This document shows, one piece after another, positions 1 to 9,493 of a DNA stretch of 64,000 nt. Position numbers and translations under genes: made by a program. The notes under the pieces were generated by a model, which did no database searches, was not told where the DNA came from, and saw only the letters and a program-made list of their open reading frames with translations. The DNA is taken from NCBI GenBank assembly GCA_963665275.2, contig CAXXIN010000007.1, forward strand, positions 160,001 to 224,000, written 5' to 3'. Position 1 is the first letter of the stretch. Every line of letters begins with the position of its first letter. This DNA comes from Negativicutes bacterium. GTDB lineage: Bacteria > Bacillota > Negativicutes > UBA1444.

Positions 1-59
1 GCTTTCCTATTATGGTGCATAACCGATTGTCTGGCACTCGCCTTTCGGTTTTATCGACA

Positions 60-626
60 CTAACGCTTTCTCCAATCAGACTTCAACAAAGAATAGCAAT
101 ACTGATCATCGAACTTGCCCCGGTTAAATTCGTATTCCCTCAGTAGGCCGTCAAGTTTGAAACCCATCCGTTCCAGGAAGCGGGTCGATCGGAAATTGCC
201 ATAATTGACGAAAGCTTCAATTCTATTGTATTTCATGTGGCTGAACCCATAATCGAGAATTGCGGTGATGGTTTCATCGATGATGCCCTGACCCCAATAC
301 GCTTTTCCCAGCTCATATCCCATTTCAGCCCGGAAATGTTCAGGTTTATGATTGTGGAAACCGCAGGTTCCAAGCACTTTTCCATCCGTTGCTCTGGTGA
401 TCGCCCAGCGGATGCCTTGGTTATTTTCCGGCATGCTGTTCAGCAGAGCGATCATCTCCAACGTTTCTTCCACTGTTTTAAACGGGTCGAGTGAAAAATA
501 CTCAGTTACGTTTGTGTCTGACCAATATTGATGCAATATCTGAGCATCCTCGTTCGTTATCTGGCGACAAACCAGTCGATCTGTTTTTATAATGGGAAAC
601 CCATCCCCACAATTCTCGTTTTCCAC
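60..626 (-). CDS. GNAT acetyltransferase, RimJ/RimL-like
   Basis: Motifs T-x-RL-x-x-R, RAEMGYEL, YWGQG, N-x-x-S-x-RFLERMGF-x-x-DGLLREY. Likely GTG start at 626 after RBS GAGGAGGGG; ORF track starts at 647. Confidence 0.85.
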   Translation of the reverse strand: MENENCGDGFPIIKTDRLVCRQITNEDAQILHQYWSDTNVTEYFSLDPFKTVEETLEMIALLNSMPENNQGIRWAITRATDGKVLGTCGFHNHKPEHFRAEMGYELGKAYWGQGIIDETITAILDYGFSHMKYNRIEAFVNYGNFRSTRFLERMGFKLDGLLREYEFNRGKFDDQYCYSLLKSDWRKR

Positions 627-656
627 AATCAAACCCCTCCTCATCAATCAAAAATA

Positions 657-2534
657 ATCGAGTAGGAGGGGGCGGCGAGCCCCCGACCTCTCACACCACC
701 GGACATGCGGGTCCGCATCCGGCGGTTCCCAAGGATTGACGAAGTTTTCCATAGTGTGCAAGCAAACTCAACAGCCCTTGACGTTCCCAATAGGTAACGT
801 CGAGGGCATTATTTGTGTTGCGGGCCATGGCCCAGGGTCCCTTGCTGGATTTGGCCATCATCCACGCCGCCCACTCCGGTACGCCCAGCGCCCGGAGGTT
901 TCGGAAACGTGTCCACGCCCTCTTCCATTGTTTCCAGAGGCACATGCGCAGTCGCCGCCGTAACCATTGGTCCAGTTCCCCGCAATGCTTCTTGGCCGAT
1001 GCCACATGGAAATATCCAATCCAGCCCCGCAGATACTGGTTAACCTGCCGGATTCTTTCTTCCATCGCCACGGACCATGTTCGGTTCGTGAGTTGTCGGA
1101 TTCTCTCCTTGCAACGCTCCAGCGTCTTTGGCGCTAACCGGATGGTTCCCGCTTTGTCGTTCAAGAAACTAAAGCCAAGAAACTTTCGCTTCCACGGTCG
1201 GTCTACTGCACTCTTCTCCCGGTTTACCTTGAGTTTGAGCTTGCCTTCCACAAACCGGACCACCGATTCCATCACCCGAACTCCTGCCCGCCTGCTTCGC
1301 ACGAACAAGTTGCAGTCGTCCGCGTAGCGGACGAACCGATGCCCGCGCCGCGCCAGTTCCCGGTCCAAGTCATCGAGCAGAATGTTCGACAATAGCGGAC
1401 TCAACGGACCGCCCTGCGGCGTTCCCTCTGTTGTCCTACTTACTACGCCACATTCCATGACTCCGGCGCTTAAGTAACTGCGGATGAGTTTCAGAACTCG
1501 TTTGTCTCCCACTCTTCGCGCCACCCGCGCCATCAACATGTCGTGGTTGACCCGGTCGAAGAATTTCTCTAGGTCCATGTCCACGACAAACCGATAGCCT
1601 TCCCGGATGTGTTCCTGCGCCCGCCGGATTGCGTCATGCGACCGTTTCCCCGGCCGGAAGCCGTAGCTTTCCGGGCTGAAGTAAGGATCGAATATCTGGG
1701 TCAGTGTCTGCAGAAGGGCCTGCTGGATCAGGCGATCCAATACGGTTGGGATACCCAGCGCCCGCGTCCCGCCTCCGGGTTTTGGAATGTCCACCCGTTT
1801 CACGGGTTGCGGCCGGTAAGTTCCCGTTCGGAGCTGTTCTTTAGTTGTTTCCCAGTTGGTCTGGAGATATCCCGCCAGTGTGGCGGTATCCATCCCGTCG
1901 ACGCCGGGAGCTCCTCCGTTTTGTTTCACCCGCTGGTAGGCGCGTTTCATGTTTTCCCGCTCCAGCGTTTTCTCCAGCAGTTCACCAGGGTCTTCGCGAG
2001 AGGGCAGGTCCACTTGTGCCGGTGATGGGCTCAGCGCTCCGGCATACTTTTGCGGCTTCACCGCTACTTTTTGCCGTAAGCCTTCTTCTGAAGTTGGCTG
2101 CTGTAATTGCTCATCACGCGAACGCATAGTTTCCCTCTCTTTCTTTGGGTTCGGCCCTTCCGGCGCGGCGTCCCGCTCTCCGTACTATGGCCTCGGCTGA
2201 CTCCTGCGATTTCAGCGCCGCCTCACGGCGGCGGTTGCCGACTCAGTCGGCGTGACCGCAGGCCTCCCCGGATAAGAACGTCATCTTTCCACTCATGCAC
2301 CTGCCCAAGTTTACTGCTTCAGCCCTTGGCGGCTTCGGACTTCGTCTTCTCGTGCAGACTCGTCCGGCTGAAACAGCCTCAAATTGGGTTCGTATACCTC
2401 AGGTCGAGCATTTGCCTCCAGCTTCCTTCAGATTCCGTCTCGCGACGGACACCCTTGCTCTTGGCTAACGGTAGGCGCTCGCCAGCCCCCGCTCGGGACT
2501 TTCACCCTATAGACGACGCCCATGCCGGGCGTAC
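657..2534 (-). mobile_element. Group II intron, bacterial class C (IIC), apparently complete
   Basis: 5' end GTACGCCCGGCATGGGCG..TCTATAGGGTGAAAGTCCCGA and internal CAAGGGTGTCCGT/GGAATCTGAAGGAAGC resemble IIC domain I. Domain V GAACCGCCGGATGCGGACCCGCATGTCCGGTGGT with CGC triad at ~695-728. Domain VI ends CTACTCGAT at 657. Inserted just after a terminator hairpin. Confidence 0.93.
691..2127 (-). CDS. ltrA: Group II intron reverse transcriptase/maturase, no endonuclease domain
   Basis: GAPGVDG, IPKPGGGTRALGIPT, SYGFRPG, DLEKFFD, GTPQGGPLSPLL, RYADD, FLGFSF and domain X (GWIGYF); no HNH domain. Confidence 0.96.
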   Translation of the reverse strand: MRSRDEQLQQPTSEEGLRQKVAVKPQKYAGALSPSPAQVDLPSREDPGELLEKTLERENMKRAYQRVKQNGGAPGVDGMDTATLAGYLQTNWETTKEQLRTGTYRPQPVKRVDIPKPGGGTRALGIPTVLDRLIQQALLQTLTQIFDPYFSPESYGFRPGKRSHDAIRRAQEHIREGYRFVVDMDLEKFFDRVNHDMLMARVARRVGDKRVLKLIRSYLSAGVMECGVVSRTTEGTPQGGPLSPLLSNILLDDLDRELARRGHRFVRYADDCNLFVRSRRAGVRVMESVVRFVEGKLKLKVNREKSAVDRPWKRKFLGFSFLNDKAGTIRLAPKTLERCKERIRQLTNRTWSVAMEERIRQVNQYLRGWIGYFHVASAKKHCGELDQWLRRRLRMCLWKQWKRAWTRFRNLRALGVPEWAAWMMAKSSKGPWAMARNTNNALDVTYWERQGLLSLLAHYGKLRQSLGTAGCGPACPVV

Positions 2535-2535
2535 A

Positions 2536-2574
2536 CGAAAATGCCGCAGGTGGACAGATATCCGCCTGCGGCAT
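2536..2574 (-). terminator. Intrinsic-terminator-like hairpin (IIC intron target)
   Basis: Minus strand ATGCCGCAGGCGGA-TATCTG-TCCACCTGCGGCAT followed by TTTCGT, then the intron 5' end. Confidence 0.8.
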
Positions 2575-2609
2575 AGCTAAAGCCGATTCTATATACGCCC
2601 CTACGCATT

Positions 2610-2638
2610 AGTATAGTAGTCGAACGCATAATTATCAA
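2610..2638 (-). promoter_or_regulatory. SigA-type promoter for the GNAT/intron transcript
   Basis: TTGATA-17 bp-TATACT on the - strand. Confidence 0.6.
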
Positions 2639-2708
2639 TAACACGTTAGATTACTCTCCCGACCGCGTTGATCAATTTGTAGGAATTTAAATTATTGTCT
2701 TATGCATT

Positions 2709-2739
2709 AGTTGCATTATGCAATTAATTATTGTACTAT
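2709..2739 (+). promoter_or_regulatory. Promoter with overlapping palindromic operator (probable MarR site)
   Basis: TTGCAT-17 bp-TACTAT; inverted repeat TTGCAT-T-ATGCAA (2711-2723) covers the -35 element. Confidence 0.6.
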
Positions 2740-2779
2740 TATTTTGTTGAAACATCACAACCGAAGGGGCGATCATTCC

Positions 2780-3223
2780 ATGAATTCATCAATACAGGCT
2801 GCTACGCTCCGTGAACTGCTGCGAACCTTAATCCGCAAGCTTGGTATCCTGGACCGAAGCGAGGCACTCTGCTGCGACATGACTCTCAGCCAATGCACTG
2901 CCATGATTGAAATAGGGCGGGCCGGCTTCCTATCGGTCAATCAATTGGCAGAGCGTCTGGACTTGGACAAAAGCACGGTCAGCCGATCCTCGGACCGGCT
3001 CGTTGTCGAGGGTTTGTTGCTACGTGAGGAAGACCCCGCTGATCGCCGCTATGTGGTCTTAAAACTCAGCGAAAAAGGCAAGCAATCCTATTTCAAGCTT
3101 GAGCAACGCATGGCTTCCTATTTTGAAAATGTCATTGCCGAAATTGATCCCCATGAGCGTGAGCAAGTGTTAAAAAGTTTGCAACTTCTATCTTCAGCTC
3201 TCAAATCAGAAAAATGCTGTTGA
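2780..3223 (+). CDS. MarR-family regulator with Cys motifs (arsenic-responsive MarR-like)
   Basis: wHTH (LAERLDLDKSTVSR...D-P-x-DRR); LCCDMTLSQC near the N-terminus and CC at the C-terminus. ATG at 2780 after AAGGGGG. Confidence 0.85.
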   Translation: MNSSIQAATLRELLRTLIRKLGILDRSEALCCDMTLSQCTAMIEIGRAGFLSVNQLAERLDLDKSTVSRSSDRLVVEGLLLREEDPADRRYVVLKLSEKGKQSYFKLEQRMASYFENVIAEIDPHEREQVLKSLQLLSSALKSEKCC

Positions 3224-3242
3224 TTACGAATGAAACGAGGAG

Positions 3243-4496
3243 ATGATGACAGTGAATAAGGTGAACAAAGAAGAAATCCGGGACAAGGTACGCGAACGAT
3301 ATGCAAAAGCGATTACTGCAAAAAGTGGTTGTGGCTGCAGCGGAAGCTCTTGTTGCGGCTCTGGTCCCAGCAATGCAACACAGGCCGTTACCGGAAATCT
3401 GTATACGTCAGAAGAAGTTGCCGGGCTGTCCCCGGAATTAGTCGAAGCCTCATTCGGTTGCGGCAACCCAACGGCCCTCACCCCTCTTCATGCCGGGGAA
3501 GTGGTGCTGGACCTTGGCAGCGGCGCCGGACTGGACGTGATTCTGTCAGCCCGCCGGGTAGGTCCCGCCGGCAAAGCGTATGGTCTGGATATGACGGACG
3601 AGATGCTGGCCGCCGCCAATGCGAATAAAGCAAAACTCGGCATCACCAACGCCGAATTTCTCAAAGGACATATCGAAGCCATCCCGTTACCTGACAACAG
3701 CGTCGATGTCGTTATTTCCAACTGCGTCATCAACCTATCCTTCGACAAGGATGCCGTGTTCCGTGAAATCCACCGGGTCCTCAAGCCGGGAGGTAGAATG
3801 GCGGTATCCGATATTGTAACCCTGAAACCGCTGCCGGAATGGCTGCGAAAGAATCTGGCCGCCTGGACAGGCTGCCTGGCTGGAGCTCTTGGCGTGGACG
3901 AATTCAAAAGCAAGCTGACAACAGCCGGTTTTACCGATCCTGAGTTGGAAGTGATCCGAATTTATGACCCAGTCGATCTTGGCTTTGATCCGCAGGAAAC
4001 GAAGGATGCCATTGGCAGCGCTTTCATCCGGGCCCAAAAAACAAAAATACTATTGCAGCCTGGAATCGACTACCGCATCAAGCTAGCACCCCCTGATGAT
4101 TTTCCGTCCCTGCATGAGTTGTTGACGTCCAGCAATCTGACTACGGCAGGTGTCACCCCAACTGAAGGTGTTTATTTCTCTGCAATCAGCCAGGAGCGCA
4201 TCCTGGGTATGGTCGGGTTCGAGCAATACGGCTCGGCAGCCCTGCTGCGCTCGTTCGCCGTCCGGCCCGAGGTCCGCAAGTCGGGGCTGGGCGCCGCCCT
4301 GGTCCAGCATTTGCTGGAGCATTTGAAAACAGTCGGCCTTTCGCCGGTCTTTTTGCTGACCAACACCGCTGAAGATTATTTTTCACGGCTGGGGTTTGTG
4401 AAAATTGACCGCCAGGAGATCCCCGCCTTGGTTTTAAAAAGTTCCGCCCTGGGGAACAGTTGCCCCGCAACCAGCATTTGCATGAAACTGGGTTAA
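3243..4496 (+). CDS. arsM: Arsenite S-adenosylmethionine methyltransferase fused to a C-terminal ArsN2-like GNAT
   Basis: ArsM motifs [40 protein letters not shown] part has [29 protein letters not shown] and C-terminal SCPAT. Confidence 0.88.
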   Translation: MMTVNKVNKEEIRDKVRERYAKAITAKSGCGCSGSSCCGSGPSNATQAVTGNLYTSEEVAGLSPELVEASFGCGNPTALTPLHAGEVVLDLGSGAGLDVILSARRVGPAGKAYGLDMTDEMLAAANANKAKLGITNAEFLKGHIEAIPLPDNSVDVVISNCVINLSFDKDAVFREIHRVLKPGGRMAVSDIVTLKPLPEWLRKNLAAWTGCLAGALGVDEFKSKLTTAGFTDPELEVIRIYDPVDLGFDPQETKDAIGSAFIRAQKTKILLQPGIDYRIKLAPPDDFPSLHELLTSSNLTTAGVTPTEGVYFSAISQERILGMVGFEQYGSAALLRSFAVRPEVRKSGLGAALVQHLLEHLKTVGLSPVFLLTNTAEDYFSRLGFVKIDRQEIPALVLKSSALGNSCPATSICMKLG

Positions 4497-4511
4497 GGAA
4501 CGTTCGCCCGC

Positions 4512-4546
4512 GCCAGCTCCGAAATACGGAGCTGGCTTATTTTTTT
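4512..4546 (+). terminator. Intrinsic terminator after arsM
   Basis: GCCAGCTCCG-AAATA-CGGAGCTGGC followed by TTATTTTTTT. Confidence 0.85.
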
Positions 4547-4590
4547 ATCCGGCTTGTTGACTTTATGATAAGCAAAACCTATACTTTATA

Positions 4591-4609
4591 TATACCATAC
4601 GGGGGTATA
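4591..4609. promoter_or_regulatory. CsoR operator
   Basis: TATACCATACGGGGGTATA matches the TACC..GGGGGTA C/G-tract pseudo-palindrome bound by CsoR. Confidence 0.85.
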
Positions 4610-4630
4610 GTAAAAATAAGAAGGTGCAAT

Positions 4631-4900
4631 ATGCTAGTCGATAAAGAAAAAGCAGATCTGAAGCAACGCTTGAAAAAAATATCCGGCCAGATCAACGGCA
4701 TCGATAAAATGCTGGATGATGGACGGTATTGCGTTGATGTGGTGCAGCAGATTCTTGCTGCCCGAGCCGCCCTGAACAAAGTAGCGTTGATGATCGTGGA
4801 GAGTCACGCCAAAAGCTGCGTGGTCACGGCAATCAAAGAAGATCGAGTCGACCAGAGTATCGACGAGCTGATGAATGTTTTGAAGCAGTTCACGAAATAG
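4631..4900 (+). CDS. csoR: Copper-sensing repressor CsoR
   Basis: RLKKISGQINGI, YCVDV..Q, H-A-K-S-C give the Cys/His/Cys Cu(I) site. ATG at 4631 after AAGGTG. Confidence 0.92.
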   Translation: MLVDKEKADLKQRLKKISGQINGIDKMLDDGRYCVDVVQQILAARAALNKVALMIVESHAKSCVVTAIKEDRVDQSIDELMNVLKQFTK

Positions 4901-4924
4901 CTCTCTGCGGCCGCTAAAAAGGAT

Positions 4925-7360
4925 GTGATAACGGTGGCACAAGAAACAACTGAAAAAAAACTAAACTCGGTAAACATGAAAATCACCGGCATGACCTGTG
5001 CCGTTTGCGCCAATCGGATTGAGAAGGGTCTCGGAAAATTGGCGGGAGTTGAGAAAGCAACCGTAAATTTCGCCGCTGAAAAAGCCAGTGTGACTTATGA
5101 TCCCGCTCAAATCAGCCTGAAAGCGCTTGCCGATAAGGTCGAATCTCTCGGCTATCAGGTCGTTGCCGACAAAGCCGAGTTCAAAATCTCCGGTATGACC
5201 TGCGCCGCTTGCTCCGCCCGGATCGAGAAAGGTCTCAATAGCCTGCCTGGCGTCTATAGCGCCACCGTCAATCTGGCGGCGGAAAAGGCAACGATCGAAT
5301 ACAACGCTCAGGACTTGAGTCTCGTGCAGATTCAGAACAAGGTCAAGAAACTGGGTTACGAAGCCCATAACCTGGCGGATGCCAGCGACGTCGACCGGGA
5401 GAAAAAAATGCGGCAGGAAGAGGTCCGTGCCCAACGCCTGCGTCTGACCCTGTCGGCGGTGCTTTCATCCCCCTTGTTACTGGGGATGATATTGCATTCG
5501 TTCGGCATCATGAAGGATATCGGCATGATTCTGATGAACCCCTATCTGCAGCTGGCGCTGGCAACCCCCGTGCAGTTCGTGGCGGGCTGGCCTTTCTATC
5601 GGGGCGCCTGGTCGGCATTACGCAACGGCAGCGCCAATATGGACGTATTGGTGGCTCTCGGAACCTCAGCCGCGTATTTTTATAGTATCGTGAATGTGTT
5701 GACCGGCGATCCTCATCTGTATTTTGAAACTTCGGCCATCCTCATCACCCTGATCATCCTCGGCAAATTGCTGGAGGCAATCGCCAAAGGCAGAACCTCT
5801 GAGGCCATCAAGTCCCTGATGGGTCTGCAACCTAAGACGGCCCGCGTGATCCTGAATGGCGCTGAGTCGGACGTACCCATCGAATTGGTTCAGGTCGGCG
5901 ACTTGATCGTGGTCCGGCCTGGCGAAAAAGTCCCAGTCGACGGCGTAATCACTGAAGGGATCTCAACTTTGGATGAGTCCATGCTGACAGGCGAAAGCCT
6001 CCCTGTAGATAAAAAAGCCGGGGACGCCGTGGTTGGCGCGACCATCAACAAATTCGGCTCTTTCCGGTTCACAGCGACAAAAGTCGGCAAAGACACTGCC
6101 CTGGCCCAGATCGTAAAGATTGTTGAAGATGCCCAGGGGTCCAAAGCGCCGATCCAACGGTTTGCGGATGTTGTGTCAGGCTACTTTGTCCCGTTCGTTG
6201 TAACCGTTGCCATGCTCACGTTCATCGGTTGGTATTTCCTGTTTGATCCGGGCAATTTCTCCCGGGCTTTGGTGAATTTCACGGCCGTGCTTGTCATTGC
6301 CTGCCCCTGCGCTCTGGGTCTTGCCACCCCGACTTCCATCATGGTGGGAACCGGCAAAGGCGCGGAGTATGGCATCCTGATCCGGGGAGCCGAACATCTC
6401 GAGAACGCCCACCGGTTGACAACAATCGTGCTCGATAAAACCGGCACAATCACCAAGGGGCAGCCGACCGTGACGGATATCATCCCGTTATCCGACCTTG
6501 CCGAACCAAGCCTGTTAACCTTGGCGGCGCAGGTGGAGAAAAATTCCGAGCATCCTCTGGCGCAGGCGATCGTAAAATACGCGCAGGAACAGAACCTGGT
6601 ACTGGCAGCCCCTGAATCATTTATCGCCATCCCTGGGCAAGGTGTGAAAGCCTTTATCACAGGACAGGAAATTCTCGTCGGTACCCGCAGACTGATGCAG
6701 GAAAACCAGGTCCCCTTCGAAACAGCCATCCCTGAAATTGAAAAACTCGAACAGCAAGGGAAAACCGTCATGTTGCTTGCTGCGAACCGGACATTGAAGG
6801 GTTTGATCGCCGTAGCCGACACAGTGAAAGAAAACTCGGCTCAAGCTATAGCCGATTTGCAAAAACTCGGCATCGAAGTGTGGATGATTACCGGCGACAA
6901 TGCTCGCGCCGCGCAGGCTATCGCGGAAGGCATCGGAATTCGGAATGTACTGGCGGAAGTGTTGCCTGAACACAAGGCGGAAAAAGTGGCCGCGCTGATG
7001 AAAGAAGGCAAGGTCGTCGGCATGGTGGGGGATGGCATCAACGACGCTCCCGCACTGGCTACAGCCGATGTCGGATTCGCCATCGGCACGGGAGCCGATG
7101 TGGCAATCGAAGCGGCGGATATCACGCTCATGCGCGGCGATTTGAATGGAATCGTGGCTGCAATCAAGCTGAGTAAGGCAACGATGCGAAATATCCGGCA
7201 AAACCTGTTCTGGGCGCTCGTCTACAATTCGCTGGGCATCCCGATCGCTGCGTCGGGTTACCTTTCCCCGGTGTTAGCCGGTTCTGCCATGGCCTTCAGC
7301 TCTGTCTCCGTCGTTCTGAACGCTCTGCGCCTGAAACGGTTCAATCCCTATTCGGGATAA
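4925..7360 (+). CDS. copA: Cu(I)-exporting P1B-type ATPase
   Basis: Two HMA domains (GMTCAVC, GMTCAAC), TGES, CPC, DKTGT, HP, GDGIND, YN and MAFSS. Confidence 0.96.
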   Translation: MITVAQETTEKKLNSVNMKITGMTCAVCANRIEKGLGKLAGVEKATVNFAAEKASVTYDPAQISLKALADKVESLGYQVVADKAEFKISGMTCAACSARIEKGLNSLPGVYSATVNLAAEKATIEYNAQDLSLVQIQNKVKKLGYEAHNLADASDVDREKKMRQEEVRAQRLRLTLSAVLSSPLLLGMILHSFGIMKDIGMILMNPYLQLALATPVQFVAGWPFYRGAWSALRNGSANMDVLVALGTSAAYFYSIVNVLTGDPHLYFETSAILITLIILGKLLEAIAKGRTSEAIKSLMGLQPKTARVILNGAESDVPIELVQVGDLIVVRPGEKVPVDGVITEGISTLDESMLTGESLPVDKKAGDAVVGATINKFGSFRFTATKVGKDTALAQIVKIVEDAQGSKAPIQRFADVVSGYFVPFVVTVAMLTFIGWYFLFDPGNFSRALVNFTAVLVIACPCALGLATPTSIMVGTGKGAEYGILIRGAEHLENAHRLTTIVLDKTGTITKGQPTVTDIIPLSDLAEPSLLTLAAQVEKNSEHPLAQAIVKYAQEQNLVLAAPESFIAIPGQGVKAFITGQEILVGTRRLMQENQVPFETAIPEIEKLEQQGKTVMLLAANRTLKGLIAVADTVKENSAQAIADLQKLGIEVWMITGDNARAAQAIAEGIGIRNVLAEVLPEHKAEKVAALMKEGKVVGMVGDGINDAPALATADVGFAIGTGADVAIEAADITLMRGDLNGIVAAIKLSKATMRNIRQNLFWALVYNSLGIPIAASGYLSPVLAGSAMAFSSVSVVLNALRLKRFNPYSG

Positions 7361-7458
7361 TTAACCCGGTTAGCATCCTTTAGCAAACAGGCCAATTTGC
7401 ATACTATCCGACTACTATCGGCACTCCATCCTGGGCCACAGATATCGGCGCATCAACA

Positions 7459-7500
7459 AACAAAGACGGTTCCGGGTATTTTGCCGGGACCGTCTTTGTT
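7459..7500. terminator. Bidirectional terminator between convergent copA and the RpiR gene
   Basis: AACAAAGACGGTTCCGG...CCGGGACCGTCTTTGTT inverted repeat. Confidence 0.75.
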
Positions 7501-7548
7501 CCTATAGCACGTAGGCATGATAAACTTTGAATAGTTCTTCGGTGATCC

Positions 7549-8409
7549 TTATTTGATCACATTTGCCTCAATCTCACCAACGACGCGTTCGATTTCTTCC
7601 AATTGTTTTTTTGTTTTTACAGAATTCTTAACCGCCACGCCAGTAATTAAAAAATCGGCCACAAACAAAGCGCCAATTTCTGAATGGTGAAACGCCAAGC
7701 TCTCAAAAGCACACCCCAGAAACACATCAGACATTAAAGCCAATGGTGAAGAATATCCATCAGTAATTGACAGGATTTTCGCTTTTCTATTCTTGGCAAC
7801 TCGCACAATTTCAACTGTCCGCCTGGCATAACGGGGCAAACTGATGGCAATCACTAAATCAGTAGGTTGCAGTCGGGCCATTACCGCCTGGATACGTCCA
7901 GTATCCGGCACGATTACTTCGCAATCGACTCCAAGACGATTTAGCCCCTCATTTAGATAGTTGGCTACGGCAAAACTGCCCCGGACGCCGATTACATAGA
8001 TCTTTTGAGCTTCAAAAATCAACTTGAACGCCTGGTCAATGTTTTCTTCCGATAAAAATTCCACTGTTTTGCGAATGTTTTCAATCTGGAGTTTGGCACA
8101 GTCGATCAGCAGTTTGTTTTTGCTAAGTTTTTTCACATTGGCTTCCAGTCGATTGGGGGGCGAGACGCGATCCCGCAATACTTCCTGAAGTTCTTTCTGA
8201 AACTGGGAATAGCCGGTATACCCGATGGAATAAGCCAGCCGCATGATGGTAGCGACACTGACCCCGGTAAGTCCTGCCAGCTGTTCGATCGTAAGAAAAG
8301 CGGCTTCCGTGGGGTGTTTCAAAATGTAGTCCGCTACTTTTCGTTGCGATGGAGTAAAGTTCTCAATTTTTTCTTCTAATGCACGCAACGTACTTTTCCC
8401 CAACGGCAA
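7549..8409 (-). CDS. RpiR/MurR-family transcriptional regulator
   Basis: TPSQRKVADYIL...TIEQLA..GVSVATIMR..GYTGY HTH plus SIS domain (ITD..SSPLA). Confidence 0.92.
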   Translation of the reverse strand: MPLGKSTLRALEEKIENFTPSQRKVADYILKHPTEAAFLTIEQLAGLTGVSVATIMRLAYSIGYTGYSQFQKELQEVLRDRVSPPNRLEANVKKLSKNKLLIDCAKLQIENIRKTVEFLSEENIDQAFKLIFEAQKIYVIGVRGSFAVANYLNEGLNRLGVDCEVIVPDTGRIQAVMARLQPTDLVIAISLPRYARRTVEIVRVAKNRKAKILSITDGYSSPLALMSDVFLGCAFESLAFHHSEIGALFVADFLITGVAVKNSVKTKKQLEEIERVVGEIEANVIK

Positions 8410-8480
8410 ACGCCACCTTTGTCAAAAAATCTTGCCATACCTGCATTATATGCGTTACTACCTGAAGTGTAAATTTTGCT

Positions 8481-9476
8481 CTACCAACCCATTGTTTTCT
8501 TCAGATTGACTTCCACATCTTTCATAAACGCTTTATAATCCTTGGAGTCCATATAATGAATTTCCAGGCCCATTTTTTCCATCTCGGCAATATGTTCCGG
8601 GTCTGCCAAGATTTTCTTGAAAGCGGCTTCCAGTCGTTTCACTGCAGCCGGGTCCGTATTGCCGGGACTGGCAAAACCGCGTAAGGCAAAGGCGTTTACA
8701 TTAAGTCCGGTACTCTCGGACAAGGTTGGCACATCGGGCAGAAATTTCGACCGTTGCTTGTCCAATACAACCAATGGACGCATCGTACCTTCCTTGGCCG
8801 CATTCCGAATGTCTCCGGCGCCCATGGAAACGATGTCCACATGCCCTCCCATGGCTGTTGTCAAGGCTTCCGACACTCCCGTGGTATGAACCGCTCTCAT
8901 TTTATAGCCCAATTTTTCGAGTGCGATGAGCGCAATATGATGCTGTGTGTATACACCCGAAGTAGCTACCGTTACTTTTCCGGGGTTGGCTTTTACATAC
9001 TCCATCAGTTCCTTGATGTTTTTGTAGGGTGAATCCGGTCGCACCGCCCAGGCGGTCACGTCCCAGACATGATTGGCCAGTAGTGTGAGACTATCCAGGT
9101 TCATATCCCGTTTATTTTCCGGGTTCAAATAAGAAGTAATGAAGGTCATGTTCAACAACGACAGGGTGTATCCGTCCGGTTTCGACTTGGCCATTTTTGT
9201 CCAGCCGATCCAGCCGGCAGCTCCGGTCACATTTTCCACCACAACAGGTTGGCCCAATTCTTTCTCCAGCCGTTTGGCCGCCAGCCGTGCGCCTACATCA
9301 GAGCTGCCACCGGCCGAATAAGGGACAATCAGGGTAATCGGCTTATTGGGGTAGTTGCTCTCTGTCGCTGGTTTCTTGGCCGCCGGAGCCTGCCCTCCGC
9401 ATCCGGTCAGAACGATTCCCAGTAAAAATGACCCCAGTAACATACAGAGCATTTTTTTCGCAGTCGTCTTCATCAT
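8481..9476 (-). CDS. tctC: Tripartite tricarboxylate transporter substrate-binding lipoprotein (TctC/Bug)
   Basis: Lipobox LTGC; YP.KPITLIVPYSAGGSSD, VVENVTGAAG, KPDGYTL, PDVPTL. Confidence 0.92.
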   Translation of the reverse strand: MMKTTAKKMLCMLLGSFLLGIVLTGCGGQAPAAKKPATESNYPNKPITLIVPYSAGGSSDVGARLAAKRLEKELGQPVVVENVTGAAGWIGWTKMAKSKPDGYTLSLLNMTFITSYLNPENKRDMNLDSLTLLANHVWDVTAWAVRPDSPYKNIKELMEYVKANPGKVTVATSGVYTQHHIALIALEKLGYKMRAVHTTGVSEALTTAMGGHVDIVSMGAGDIRNAAKEGTMRPLVVLDKQRSKFLPDVPTLSESTGLNVNAFALRGFASPGNTDPAAVKRLEAAFKKILADPEHIAEMEKMGLEIHYMDSKDYKAFMKDVEVNLKKTMGW

Positions 9477-9493
9477 TTCTCCCCCTTACTTTT

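Noticed and set aside
1-70. attC/integron cassette site after the GNAT (GCATAAC, CTAAC)
   Set aside because: No properly paired R''/R' boxes on one strand, no integrase, and the window edge prevents seeing an array.
691-2127. RT as a retron, DGR, CRISPR-RT or defence RT
   Set aside because: It is flanked by complete IIC intron RNA domains and has a maturase X domain; there is no TR/VR pair, msr-msd or cas gene.
2107-2580. 157-aa + strand ORF
   Set aside because: Antisense to intron domains I-III; no protein features.
2621-2650. dif/Xer-like site (CGCATAATTATCAATAAC)
   Set aside because: The XerD arm does not match; the sequence is better explained as the spacer and -35 of the - strand promoter.
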